DNA of 64,000 nt from Burkholderiales bacterium (GTDB lineage: Bacteria; Pseudomonadota; Gammaproteobacteria; Burkholderiales; SG8-41). Under the pieces are notes generated by a model. That model searched no databases. It worked only from the letters and a program-made list of their open reading frames with translations, and was not told where the DNA came from. Position 1 is the first letter of the stretch. Every line of letters starts with the position of its first letter. This document shows positions 21,931 through 31,525 of the stretch, piece after piece. The DNA lies in the NCBI GenBank assembly GCA_035524795.1, contig DATKOF010000011.1, forward strand, positions 52,768 through 116,767, given 5' to 3'. The position numbers were made by a program, and so were the translations under genes.

Positions 21931-23121
21931 TTATCCGAGGCGCTCGAACACTGCGGCGATGCCCTGGCCGCCGCCGATGCACATTGTGACCAGCGCATAG
22001 CGGCCGTTGATGCGCTGCAATTCGTAGAGCGCCTTGACGGTAAGGATCGCGCCGGTGGCGCCGACCGGATGGCCGAGCGCGACCGCGCCGCCGTTCGGGT
22101 TGGTTTTTCCCGGATCGAGCTTGAGATCGCAGGCGACCGCCAGCGCCTGCGCCGCGAACGCTTCGTTCGATTCGATCACATCCATGTCCCCGACTTTGAG
22201 ACCGGCTTTGTGCAGCGCGCGCGTGCTGGCCGGCACCGGCCCGATGCCCATCAATTTCGAATCGACGCCGGCGACGCCGTACGAAACCAGCCGCGCCAGC
22301 GGCCTGATGCCATGTTTTTCCGCCGCCATTTTTTCCATCAGCACGACCGCCGCCGCGCCGTCGTTGATCCCCGAGGCATTGCCGGCGGTCACCGTGCCGT
22401 CTTTCTTGAATACCGCGCGCAGTCTGGCGAGGTTTTCGAGGCTGGCGTCGGCGCGCGGGTGTTCATCGGTGTCGAACACGGTGGTGCCTTTGCGTGTCTT
22501 CAGTTCGACCGGCACGATCTGCTCCTTGAAATAACCTTTTTCGATCGCGTTGATCGCGCGGCGGTGACTCTCGACTGCGAATGCATCCTGCTCTTCGCGC
22601 GAAATCTTCCACTGCGCGGCGATGTTCTCGGCGGTGATTCCCATGTGCGTGGTGTCGAACGGGTCGGTCAGCGCGGCCACCATCATGTCGACCACGCTGG
22701 TGTCGTTCATGCGACTGCCCCAGCGCAGCGCCGGCAGCAGGTAGCCGCCGCGGCTCATCGACTCGACGCCGCCGCCGACCGCGGCATCGGCGTCGCCAAG
22801 CACGATCGCCTGTGCCGCGCTGACGATCGCCTGCAGCCCGCTGCCGCACAGCCGGTTGACGGCGAACGCGGTGGTTTCTTTCGGCAGTCCGCCGTCGATT
22901 GCGGCGACGCGCGAGATGTAGAGGTCCTTCGCCTCGGTATGGATCACGTGGCCGAATGCCAGTGCGCCGATTTCTGCCGGCTCGATGCGTGCGCGCCGCA
23001 CCGCTTCGCGCACTACCTGCGCCGCCAGCTCCGACGGCGGCACATCCTTCAACGCGCCGCCGTAGCCGCCGATCGCGGTGCGCACGCCGCTGACCACGAC
23101 CACTTCGCGTACCTCGCTCAT
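21931..23121 (-). CDS. bktB: acetyl-CoA C-acyltransferase (BktB-like beta-ketothiolase)
   Basis: NRLCGSG, NEAF, GHPVG, MCIGGGQG; IHTEAKDLYISRV and LTDPF are BktB-like. Confidence 0.85.
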   Translation of the reverse strand: MSEVREVVVVSGVRTAIGGYGGALKDVPPSELAAQVVREAVRRARIEPAEIGALAFGHVIHTEAKDLYISRVAAIDGGLPKETTAFAVNRLCGSGLQAIVSAAQAIVLGDADAAVGGGVESMSRGGYLLPALRWGSRMNDTSVVDMMVAALTDPFDTTHMGITAENIAAQWKISREEQDAFAVESHRRAINAIEKGYFKEQIVPVELKTRKGTTVFDTDEHPRADASLENLARLRAVFKKDGTVTAGNASGINDGAAAVVLMEKMAAEKHGIRPLARLVSYGVAGVDSKLMGIGPVPASTRALHKAGLKVGDMDVIESNEAFAAQALAVACDLKLDPGKTNPNGGAVALGHPVGATGAILTVKALYELQRINGRYALVTMCIGGGQGIAAVFERLG

Positions 23122-23208
23122 GTTTTTTCCTTGCCGATGGGATTGATTCAGGGGAAGTTCGAGTTTACCGCCGGCGCGCTGCCGGTGTCGAGACGCGGGC
23201 GGTGCCCG

Positions 23209-24849
23209 CTATTCGACGCGCCGGTAGAGCCGGTAGCGCTCGACGTTGTCACCGGGTCGCGCGCTCTCCCAGATTTTGCGCCAGGCGCCGGACGGCGGGC
23301 GTTCGACATGCGCGTTGCCCTGGATCAGCAGCAGCCCGCAATCACGGCGGCGCTCCGGCACCTCCTGGCGGTAGGTGATGATGCCGGCGAAATATTCGAG
23401 CATCGCGCGCTGTGGTTCGCCGAGATCGCGGCTTTCGATGCAGCGGTAGCGCGCCGGCAGCGCTTTCTGCATGCCGGCGATCATCGAGCGGTAACTCTTG
23501 CCGGCGTCGACCCAGCCGACGAACAGCGTCGCCGCCAGCCCCCACAGCACGGTGACCGCGGCTGCCCATGCGATGACCGGCCGGCGCGGACCGCGCTTGA
23601 GCTGCAGCAGCAGCACGATCCAGGCGATTGTGTAGAACATGCCGAATGCGAACGGCAGCCATTTGAAGCCGGGCATGTATCCCGGCTGCATTTCGTGCAG
23701 ATGCGCGTGCAGATCGGCTGGCACGCCGAACTCAAGCGCGGTCCAGTAGAACCACGCGACGAACACGAAGAACCAGCCGCTCATCACGCTGAACCAGTAA
23801 ATCAGATTGGCCGCGCCGCGCCGCAGCGTGTCGGTCGCCGGCGTCGCCAGCAGCGTCAGCGGCAGCAGCATCGGCAGCGCGTACAGTTCGCGTGCGTCGG
23901 CCGATGCCGACAGCACCGTAAACAGCACCAGAAAGGCGGCCAGCGGCAGCGCAATTTTCGGTTCGAGCCAGCGGCCGCGCGTACGCCACAACACCCAGGC
24001 CGCGAGCGGCAGTGCCGGCAGCGCGTACCACGGCAGAATGTTCAGATAAAAGGAGTGTTCGGCGCGCGGCCCCAGATCGTTGGTGCCGAGAAAGCGGCCA
24101 AAGTTGTTGGTCCAGAACCACTCGTCGAACAGCGCCGGCGACCGCCGGTACAGGGCCAGCGGCCAGATCATCAGCCACGGCGCACAGGCGAGGGCGGCCG
24201 CCGCTAGGGACAGCAGGTGACTGCGGGTGCGCCATGCCGGCAGCAGCGACAGCAGCAGTGCGATGACGCCGAACACCCCCGGCGCCAGCAGGCCTTTCGA
24301 CATGAAACCGATGCCGACGCCGGTGCCGAGCCAGAATCCGCCGGGCAGCGGCCGCCGCAACGCCAGCGCGAGGCCATAAAACCCGATCGCGAAGCCGGTC
24401 AGCAGCGAGATGTCGGTAATCAGTTGATGACAGCGCACGACCAGCCCGATACAGCCGAGCAGCGTCAGCACCGCGATACGTCCGTAGCCGCGGCCGTAAA
24501 GTTCGCGCGCGGCAAGCCCGGTGAACAGAAAGGTGAGCGCCATGTAGACGCCGGTCGCCAGCCGCGCCGCATCGTGCAGCGGCAGGACGGGCGACAACAG
24601 CGCGGCGACAGCGGCCGCGCTCAGATAATAGAGCGGCGGCTTTTCCATGAACGGTTCCTGGGCCAGCTCCGGCACCACCCAGTCGCCGCCGTGCAGTTCG
24701 TGGTAGACGATGCCGAACGTGTAGGCTTCGTCGGGTTTCCACGGATCGTGGCCGACCAGCCCGGGCAGGATCCACGCCGCCGCCAGCACGCACACCCCCC
24801 AGAGCGGAAGCGTTGCGCGCGCCGCCGCAGTATCGCCGTCCGCCGTCAT
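23209..24849 (-). CDS. ArnT/PMT-family (GT-C) membrane glycosyltransferase
   Basis: HDPWKPDE, FMEKPPLYY, GFMSKG, many TM segments. Confidence 0.85.
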   Translation of the reverse strand: MTADGDTAAARATLPLWGVCVLAAAWILPGLVGHDPWKPDEAYTFGIVYHELHGGDWVVPELAQEPFMEKPPLYYLSAAAVAALLSPVLPLHDAARLATGVYMALTFLFTGLAARELYGRGYGRIAVLTLLGCIGLVVRCHQLITDISLLTGFAIGFYGLALALRRPLPGGFWLGTGVGIGFMSKGLLAPGVFGVIALLLSLLPAWRTRSHLLSLAAAALACAPWLMIWPLALYRRSPALFDEWFWTNNFGRFLGTNDLGPRAEHSFYLNILPWYALPALPLAAWVLWRTRGRWLEPKIALPLAAFLVLFTVLSASADARELYALPMLLPLTLLATPATDTLRRGAANLIYWFSVMSGWFFVFVAWFYWTALEFGVPADLHAHLHEMQPGYMPGFKWLPFAFGMFYTIAWIVLLLQLKRGPRRPVIAWAAAVTVLWGLAATLFVGWVDAGKSYRSMIAGMQKALPARYRCIESRDLGEPQRAMLEYFAGIITYRQEVPERRRDCGLLLIQGNAHVERPPSGAWRKIWESARPGDNVERYRLYRRVE

Positions 24850-24871
24850 CACTGCGGGGGAAAATCCGGTT

Positions 24872-25753
24872 TCATGCCAGCGGCCGTTGCCACAACTGTT
24901 CAAGTACACGCAGCGGCGCGTAGCGTTCTTCCTGCATTGCGGCGACCGGCAGATAGAACGTCTGTTCGAGCATGAACTGGCCACGCAGCGCCGCGTGCAT
25001 CACGCGGTCGGTATAGACGATCCAGGTGGAGCCGGCCGGAAACTCGATGCCCTGTCTGGGTGAGCTTCGCTGGTACTCGAAGTCGAGTTTGGCCCGGTCG
25101 TGCAGGTTGAGCATGATATGGTCGTAGGCGCTGCGGCGGCCCCTGGTGATGCCGAACGCGGCCAGCAGCTGCGCACTGCCCGGCCACTGCGGCGGAACGC
25201 GGTCGCGGAAGCGGCGCGCCATGTCTTCGAACGGTTCGCCGACGTTCCACGCGCGCGGTTCGCCGCGCGGATTGAGGTTGCAGAACATGCGCAGGATGCG
25301 CCGACCCTGGTTCGGACGCGAGGCGAAGGCGTCGATATGCAGGCGCGAGTCGTCTTTTTTGTCCGAGCTCGGACGGCCTTCGACCGCAGCCGGCCGAAAG
25401 CTGGTCAGTCCCCATTCGAGCGCAGCCGAATAATGCGGGCACAGCGCAAGCAGCAACGTGCGTGCCTGGCGCGAGAAACGCGCCAGCAGCGCGGCGAGCG
25501 CGGCGCGATCGCCGTCGGCGGCGGAGGTGTGCCGGATCTCGGAGTTGCGCGCGTCGTAGCTGATGTTTTTGGCCTTGCCGTCCAGCCATCGCGGATCGAT
25601 GAGCCGCCGTTCCTCCGGCGCCGTTTCGAATGCGAGTTGCGGCAGGAACAGGATGCCGCCGCGTTCCAGCGCGGCGGTCGCCTGCGCCGCCAGTTGCGGA
25701 CCGACGGCCGGTGTCCAGTCCGTGAACGGCAGCGTTAAGAGGACATCATTCAT
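24872..25753 (-). CDS. kdoO: Kdo 3-hydroxylase (Kdo to Ko dioxygenase)
   Basis: KNISY, TSFRP, KDDSRLHIDAF, RILRMFCN, GEPF, YDHIM, FPAGSTW..TD.VMHA. Confidence 0.88.
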   Translation of the reverse strand: MNDVLLTLPFTDWTPAVGPQLAAQATAALERGGILFLPQLAFETAPEERRLIDPRWLDGKAKNISYDARNSEIRHTSAADGDRAALAALLARFSRQARTLLLALCPHYSAALEWGLTSFRPAAVEGRPSSDKKDDSRLHIDAFASRPNQGRRILRMFCNLNPRGEPRAWNVGEPFEDMARRFRDRVPPQWPGSAQLLAAFGITRGRRSAYDHIMLNLHDRAKLDFEYQRSSPRQGIEFPAGSTWIVYTDRVMHAALRGQFMLEQTFYLPVAAMQEERYAPLRVLEQLWQRPLA

Positions 25754-25817
25754 TGTCGGAAACCGGGTCCGTCACAAGCCAGGTGCTGCTTTTTGCAGGA
25801 CGTCCGTGACGCGGATT

Positions 25818-26060
25818 TTAGCTCAAGCCGGAGAGAATCTCCCGCAGTTCATCTTCCGGCGTCTGCCCTGCGGGCGGCGCGCGCCGCGCACGTCCGTACC
25901 AATAGCGGGCGTTGCCGTGATCGCTCTCGATCCGATGCAGCACCGCGTGGAGTCGGCAGGCAACCGGATCGTCCTCGTCCTGCTGCACGATCCGGTGCGC
26001 GCGGTCCCAGTCGCCGGCCAGCGCCAGTTCGACTGCCGTGCGCAGGTCTTCGGTATCCAT
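25818..26060 (-). CDS. conserved hypothetical helical protein
   Basis: GDWDRAH.IVQ...HAVLHRIE.D.GNARYWY pattern seen in a widespread uncharacterised family (from recall). Confidence 0.7.
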   Translation of the reverse strand: MDTEDLRTAVELALAGDWDRAHRIVQQDEDDPVACRLHAVLHRIESDHGNARYWYGRARRAPPAGQTPEDELREILSGLS

Positions 26061-26107
26061 TGTGCCGGGTAGCGTGGGCGGCACCTGCGGCGAAGTCAAG
26101 TGCGCCA

Positions 26108-26137
26108 ATAAAAAAGGCGGCCTCAGCCGCCTTTCCC
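26108..26137 (-). terminator. intrinsic terminator after rpmE
   Basis: minus strand AAAGGCGGC-TGAG-GCCGCCTTT followed by T-tract. Confidence 0.8.
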
Positions 26138-26152
26138 ATAGCAAGCCGCGTG

Positions 26153-26386
26153 TCAGACCGCGGCGCTTTTGCCCTTGGCAGTCGGTTTGCGCTGGTATTT
26201 CTGCTTGAAGCGTTCGACGCGGCCGGCGGTGTCGACGATCTTCTGCTTGCCGGTATAGAACGGGTGGCACTCCGAGCACACTTCGATGTGCAGGTCGCGG
26301 CCGAGCGTCGAGCGCGTCTTGAACTTGTTGCCGCAACTGCAGACGACGGTGATTTCCTGGTATTCGGGATGGATTTTCTCTTTCAT
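26153..26386 (-). CDS. rpmE: 50S ribosomal protein L31, Zn-binding type
   Basis: [28 protein letters not shown]. Confidence 0.97.
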   Translation of the reverse strand: MKEKIHPEYQEITVVCSCGNKFKTRSTLGRDLHIEVCSECHPFYTGKQKIVDTAGRVERFKQKYQRKPTAKGKSAAV

Positions 26387-26462
26387 GGCGGATCCTTGCA
26401 GCAATGCCGTTTTGCGAAAAGGCGCGATTATCCTCCAGCGGACACGAGCTGGCAAGCCACCG

Positions 26463-27722
26463 TCAGCCGCGACGCATCGAGTCGAAGAAATCCGCGTTGT
26501 TCTTGGTCGCGCGCAGCTTGTCGACCAGGAATTCGGTCGCCTCGAGCTCGTCCATCGGATACAACAGCTTGCGCAGCACCCAGATCTTCTGCAGGATTTC
26601 CGGCTTGATCAGCAGCTCCTCGCGGCGCGTGCCGGAGCGGTTGACGTTGATCGCCGGGAAGATGCGCTTTTCGTACATGCGCCGGTCGAGGTGGATCTCC
26701 ATGTTGCCGGTACCCTTGAACTCTTCGTAGATCACGTCGTCCATCCGGCTGCCGGTGTCGATCAATGCAGTCGCCAGGATCGTCAGGCTGCCGCCTTCCT
26801 CCATGTTGCGCGCCGCGCCGAAAAAGCGCTTCGGCCGCTGCAGCGCGTTGGCGTCAACGCCGCCGGTCAGCACTTTGCCGGAAGCCGGCACCACCGTGTT
26901 GTAGGCGCGCGCCAGCCGCGTGATCGAGTCGAGCAGGATCACCACGTCCTTCTTGTGCTCGACCAAGCGCTTCGCCTTCTCGATCACCATCTCGGCGACC
27001 TGCACGTGACGCTGCGCCGGCTCGTCGAACGTCGATGACACGACTTCGCCCTTGACCGAGCGCTGCATTTCGGTGACTTCCTCAGGACGCTCGTCGATCA
27101 GCAGCACGATCAGCACCACGTCCGGATAGTTGGTCGTGATCGCGTGCGCAATGTGCTGCATCAGCACCGTCTTGCCGGCCTTCGGCGGCGATACGATCAG
27201 GCCGCGCTGGCCCTTGCCGATCGGCGCGATGATGTCGATGATGCGGCCGGTCAGGTTTTCCTCGGCCTTGATGTCGCGTTCGAGCTTGAGGTGTTCGGTC
27301 GGGTGATACGGAGTCAGGTTTTCAAAGAGGATTTTGTTCTTCGCATTTTCCGGCGGCTCGTCGTTGACCTTGTCCACCTTGACCAGCGCGAAGTAACGTT
27401 CGCCGTCCTTCGGCGTGCGGATTTCGCCCTGGATCGAATCGCCGGTGTGCAGGTTGAAGCGGCGGATCTGCGACGGACTGACGTAAATGTCGTCGGTGCC
27501 GGCCAGATACGAAGTATCGGGCGAGCGCAGGAAGCCGAAGCCGTCGGGCAATACTTCGAGCGTGCCTTCGCCGAAGATCGATTCGCCTTTCTTGGCGCGG
27601 TTGCGCAGCAGCGCGAAGATCAGTTCCTGCTTGCGCAGGCGGTTGGCGCCCTCGATTTCGTTCTTGGCGGCCATTTCCACCAGTTCGGTGACGTGGAGGT
27701 TTTTGAGTTCGGATAAATGCAT
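26463..27722 (-). CDS. rho: transcription termination factor Rho
   Basis: [44 protein letters not shown]; 419 aa. Confidence 0.99.
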   Translation of the reverse strand: MHLSELKNLHVTELVEMAAKNEIEGANRLRKQELIFALLRNRAKKGESIFGEGTLEVLPDGFGFLRSPDTSYLAGTDDIYVSPSQIRRFNLHTGDSIQGEIRTPKDGERYFALVKVDKVNDEPPENAKNKILFENLTPYHPTEHLKLERDIKAEENLTGRIIDIIAPIGKGQRGLIVSPPKAGKTVLMQHIAHAITTNYPDVVLIVLLIDERPEEVTEMQRSVKGEVVSSTFDEPAQRHVQVAEMVIEKAKRLVEHKKDVVILLDSITRLARAYNTVVPASGKVLTGGVDANALQRPKRFFGAARNMEEGGSLTILATALIDTGSRMDDVIYEEFKGTGNMEIHLDRRMYEKRIFPAINVNRSGTRREELLIKPEILQKIWVLRKLLYPMDELEATEFLVDKLRATKNNADFFDSMRRG

Positions 27723-27886
27723 AGAATTGCGGCTCAGGGGTTAATCATGTCGCACGGGAAAACCACAAACAATCGGGAGAAACGGAAAGAAATGCCGGGG
27801 CGCCCGCGCGGCCTGCCGTTGCTGTAGTTTAAAACCGGGCCGGAAACTGCGGAAGGGAGATTAATCGGTTCGATAGAGGCTGTCAA

Positions 27887-28213
27887 TCAAATGTGGCTGT
27901 CGATGAACGCGGTCAACTGTGACTTGGAGAGCGCGCCGATCTTGGCGGCTTCGACATTGCCGTTGCGGAACAGCATCAGCGTCGGGATGCCGCGCACGCC
28001 GTACTTGGCCGGCGTGTCCTGGTTGTCGTCGATGTTGAGTTTGGCGATTTTCAGCCGACCGTGGTATTCCCTGGCGACCTGGTCGAGCACCGGCGCGATC
28101 GCCTTGCACGGGCCGCACCATTCGGCCCAGTAGTCGACCAGCACCGGGTCGCTGGACTGCAGCACCTCGGATTCGAAAGTGTCGTCGGTCACGTGATGAA
28201 TGTGCTCGCTCAT
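27887..28213 (-). CDS. trxA: thioredoxin 1
   Basis: [15 protein letters not shown]; upstream of rho. Confidence 0.97.
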   Translation of the reverse strand: MSEHIHHVTDDTFESEVLQSSDPVLVDYWAEWCGPCKAIAPVLDQVAREYHGRLKIAKLNIDDNQDTPAKYGVRGIPTLMLFRNGNVEAAKIGALSKSQLTAFIDSHI

Positions 28214-28413
28214 GAAAGCTTCTCCGGTCGTTCCAGAATTTTGGGGAACAACGCCGCGAATCGGCGTCGCAGAACTTATGCGCTTATATCCTAACTCAAA
28301 ATTCCACATCTTGGGAAGCAAGCTATTCGCGGCCGTGATTCGGGACCGCGGGTTTCTGCTAAAATGCACGGCTTTCGATTTTGCCAAAAGATGAAATTGG
28401 CCAAGGGATTACC

Positions 28414-28737
28414 ATGACTTACGTCGTTACTGAAACCTGTATCAAATGCAAATACACCGACTGCGTCGATGTCTGTCCCGTCGATTGTTTCCGCGAAGGT
28501 CCGAACATGCTGGTCATTGACCCCGACGAATGCATTGATTGCACGCTGTGCGTCGCCGAATGTCCGGTCGAGGCGATCATGGCCGAAGACGACGTGCCGC
28601 AGGGACAGATCGATTTCATCAAGTTGAACGCCGAGCTGTCCAAGGTGTGGCAGCCGATCATCGAGAAGAAACCCGCGCCTCCCGACGCCGATGAGTGGGC
28701 CAAAACGAAGGAAAAAAAGCATCTGCTGGAGAAATAA
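28414..28737 (+). CDS. fdxA: 7Fe ferredoxin (FdxA type)
   Basis: [26 protein letters not shown]...[12 protein letters not shown]. Confidence 0.93.
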   Translation: MTYVVTETCIKCKYTDCVDVCPVDCFREGPNMLVIDPDECIDCTLCVAECPVEAIMAEDDVPQGQIDFIKLNAELSKVWQPIIEKKPAPPDADEWAKTKEKKHLLEK

Positions 28738-28774
28738 CGCGGGCGCTTTGCTCTTGGCTGCGGCGTAATTCACC

Positions 28775-31507
28775 ATGGGCGACCGGCCGGCCGGGGTTGT
28801 CCGCCATCCGTTTCCGGTGGCCGAGCTGCCGGCGCGCGCCGCGCATCACATCATTGCCGACCGCCGCGCCGAATTGCCCGATCTGACGCGCTGCGTCATC
28901 CTCGTTCCCGACCTCCATGCCGCGGCCGCGATTGCGCAGGCGCTGTACGCCGCGGCGCAAATGCCGGTCGTGCTGCTGCCGCGCATCACCACGCTCGTCG
29001 CGTGGGCCGCGCAGATCCCGATCGAAGCTCAGGCAGTCGCGCCGGCCGCGCGCGAGGCGATGCTGTACGCGGCGCTCGACCGGCGCCACTGGTTTGCGCA
29101 CGGCGACCGCTGGGCAATCGCCGCCGAACTCGCCGCGCTGTTCGACGAGCTGACGCGCTGGCGCGTTGCGCTGCCGGAAACGCTCGACGATTTCACGCGC
29201 CGCATCGAATCCGCCTACCGCGCGCGCGCCGGCCATGCGCTGTCATTTGAAGCGCGCGTCGTGCACGAGCTGTGGCGTGCGTTCGCCGGCGCCGGCGCCG
29301 CCGACCCCGAGGCCGTACATGCGCTGCGGCTCGCCGCGCTGGCGCGGCAGGCGACACTGCCGCTGTATGCGATCGGCCTGGAACGGCTGGCGCCGGGCGA
29401 GCGCGAATTTTTCGACCGCTACGCCGAGCGCGCGCCGGTTATCGCGTTCGAAGGCGACCGCGCGGCCGGCGATCCGCTCGCGCAGACGCTGCACGCGGCG
29501 TGGCCGCCGGCGGTCGAGCTGGCGCTGCCGGCGCGCGCGCACGCGCTGCGCGAGATCGTCCCCGACAGTCCGCTCGCCGGCCGGCTGCGCATCGTCGGCT
29601 GCGCGCATGCCGAGGCCGAAGCGCAGGCGATCGATACCGCGGTACGCGAATGGCTGCTCGCGGGCAGGCGATCGATTGCTGTCGTGGTGCAGGACCGCGT
29701 CGTTGCGCGCCGCGCGCGCGCGCTGCTCGAGCGCGCGCAGGTGCTGGTCAAAGACGAAGCGGGCTGGGCATTCTCGACCACCAGCGCGGCGACCGTGGTC
29801 GGCCGCCTGCTCGACGTCGTCGCCGGCGACGGCTATCACCGCGACCTGCTCGACCTGATGAAATCGCCATTCGCTTTCGATGACCTGCCGCCCACCGCGC
29901 GCCGCGCGGCGGTCGCGCGTTTCGAGCAACTGGTGCGCCGGCACGGCGCGGTCGCCGGACTCGGCGCGTTCCGCGAACTTGCGGTGCGCGCCGGCGACGC
30001 CGAAGCGCAGGCGCTGATGGAACGCGTGATCACGGCGGGCCGCGCGTTCGGCCGCGGCCGCGCAACGCTGGTGCGCTGGCTTGCCGCGCTGCGCGAGGCG
30101 CTCGCCGCGCTCGGCGCCGCCGCCGGCTTCGAGGCCGACGCCGCCGGCAGCCAGTTGCTCGAACTGCTCGACGCGCTCGAGCGCGAGCTCGCGGGCGATA
30201 CACTCACGATGCCGTTCGCCGAATGGCGGCGCTGGCTGGCGCGCCGGCTTGAGGATGCGACTTTCCGCGACCGCGCGATCGACAGCCCGGTCGTGTTCAC
30301 CCATCTCGCTGCGACGCGGCTGCGCCGTTTCGACGCGGTGCTGGTCGCCGGCGGTGACGCTGCGCACCTGCCCGGCCCCGATCCGGCCGCGCTGTTCTTC
30401 AATCAGGGCGTGCGCGCCGAACTCGGCCTGCCGACCCGCGCCGATGCGCTGCGCGAGATCGAAGAGCAGTTCGCCGCGCTGATCGCGATGAGCGGCGAAC
30501 TGACGGTCACCCGGCAGCGCACCGTTGACGGTGAGGCCAATCTGCTGTCGCCGCTGTTGCAGCGGCTCGACACGCTGCATCATCTGGCGTGGGGACGCGG
30601 GCTCGATGATTCGGCGCTGGCCGCGCGTGCGCCGCATGCGCAGGTGACGCCGCCGTCCGCTTCCGTTCCACCGCCGGCGCCGAGCGCGCAGCCCGCGCCG
30701 CGCGCACCGGCGACACTGCTGCCGGAGAAAATTTCGGCGAGCGGCTACAACGCACTGATCGCCTGCCCGTACCAGTACTACGCGCGCCATCTGCTCGGCC
30801 TCGATGAGCTCGACGAGGTGCAGGAGGAGATCGAGAAGTCCGACTACGGCCAGCGCGTGCACCGCGCGCTCGCGCGTTTTCACAGGAAATATCCGCGCGT
30901 CGCTGAACTGGCGCCGGAGGACGCGCTGCGCGCGCTGAACGAAATTTCCGAACACGAATTCCGCGACGCGGTCGCCGCCAATTATCTCGACCGCGCATGG
31001 CTGGCACGCTGGCAGGCGCTGATTCCCGATTATCTCGACTGGCAGCGCGCGCGCGAAGCCGCCGGCTGGCGCTTCATCACGGGCGAAGCCGAAAAGGAAA
31101 TCGCGATCACGACGCCGGCCGGGCACACGCTGATGCTGCGCGGCCAGCTCGACCGCGTGGATTGCAATGAGGAGGGCGCGGCCGCGGTGATCGACTACAA
31201 AACGCGGCGTGCGCCGGCGCTCAAAGAAGCGCTCGCCGCACCCGGCGAGGATGTGCAGTTGCCGGTCTACGCGTTGCTGTGGGGCGTACCGGTCGCCGCC
31301 GCGCTGTTCCTGTCGATCGAGCGCGACGGTGTGACCGAGGTGCCGCTGAAGCAGGACATCGCGCCGCTGGCGCAGGCGGCGCGCGTGCGGCTTGCGGCGA
31401 TGTTCGATGCGCTGCACGGCGGCGCGCCGCTGCCGGCCAACGGCGCGGAACAGGTCTGCACATACTGCGAGATGCGCGGCCTGTGCCGTCTCGATTACTG
31501 GAAATGA
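28775..31507 (+). CDS. addB: AddB-like DNA repair protein with PD-(D/E)XK nuclease
   Basis: ISASGY..LIACPY, LRGQLDRVD, IDYKT, QLPVY, C-terminal CTYC...CR Fe-S cysteines; upstream of addA. Confidence 0.85.
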   Translation: MGDRPAGVVRHPFPVAELPARAAHHIIADRRAELPDLTRCVILVPDLHAAAAIAQALYAAAQMPVVLLPRITTLVAWAAQIPIEAQAVAPAAREAMLYAALDRRHWFAHGDRWAIAAELAALFDELTRWRVALPETLDDFTRRIESAYRARAGHALSFEARVVHELWRAFAGAGAADPEAVHALRLAALARQATLPLYAIGLERLAPGEREFFDRYAERAPVIAFEGDRAAGDPLAQTLHAAWPPAVELALPARAHALREIVPDSPLAGRLRIVGCAHAEAEAQAIDTAVREWLLAGRRSIAVVVQDRVVARRARALLERAQVLVKDEAGWAFSTTSAATVVGRLLDVVAGDGYHRDLLDLMKSPFAFDDLPPTARRAAVARFEQLVRRHGAVAGLGAFRELAVRAGDAEAQALMERVITAGRAFGRGRATLVRWLAALREALAALGAAAGFEADAAGSQLLELLDALERELAGDTLTMPFAEWRRWLARRLEDATFRDRAIDSPVVFTHLAATRLRRFDAVLVAGGDAAHLPGPDPAALFFNQGVRAELGLPTRADALREIEEQFAALIAMSGELTVTRQRTVDGEANLLSPLLQRLDTLHHLAWGRGLDDSALAARAPHAQVTPPSASVPPPAPSAQPAPRAPATLLPEKISASGYNALIACPYQYYARHLLGLDELDEVQEEIEKSDYGQRVHRALARFHRKYPRVAELAPEDALRALNEISEHEFRDAVAANYLDRAWLARWQALIPDYLDWQRAREAAGWRFITGEAEKEIAITTPAGHTLMLRGQLDRVDCNEEGAAAVIDYKTRRAPALKEALAAPGEDVQLPVYALLWGVPVAAALFLSIERDGVTEVPLKQDIAPLAQAARVRLAAMFDALHGGAPLPANGAEQVCTYCEMRGLCRLDYWK

Positions 31508-31525
31508 GTTGGAAATGAGGCCACG

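Noticed and set aside
19629..24207. 697-aa and 770-aa plus-strand ORFs
   Set aside because: Overlap orn out of frame and pgi, thiolase and the ArnT-like gene in antisense; Arg/Ala-rich with no domain signatures
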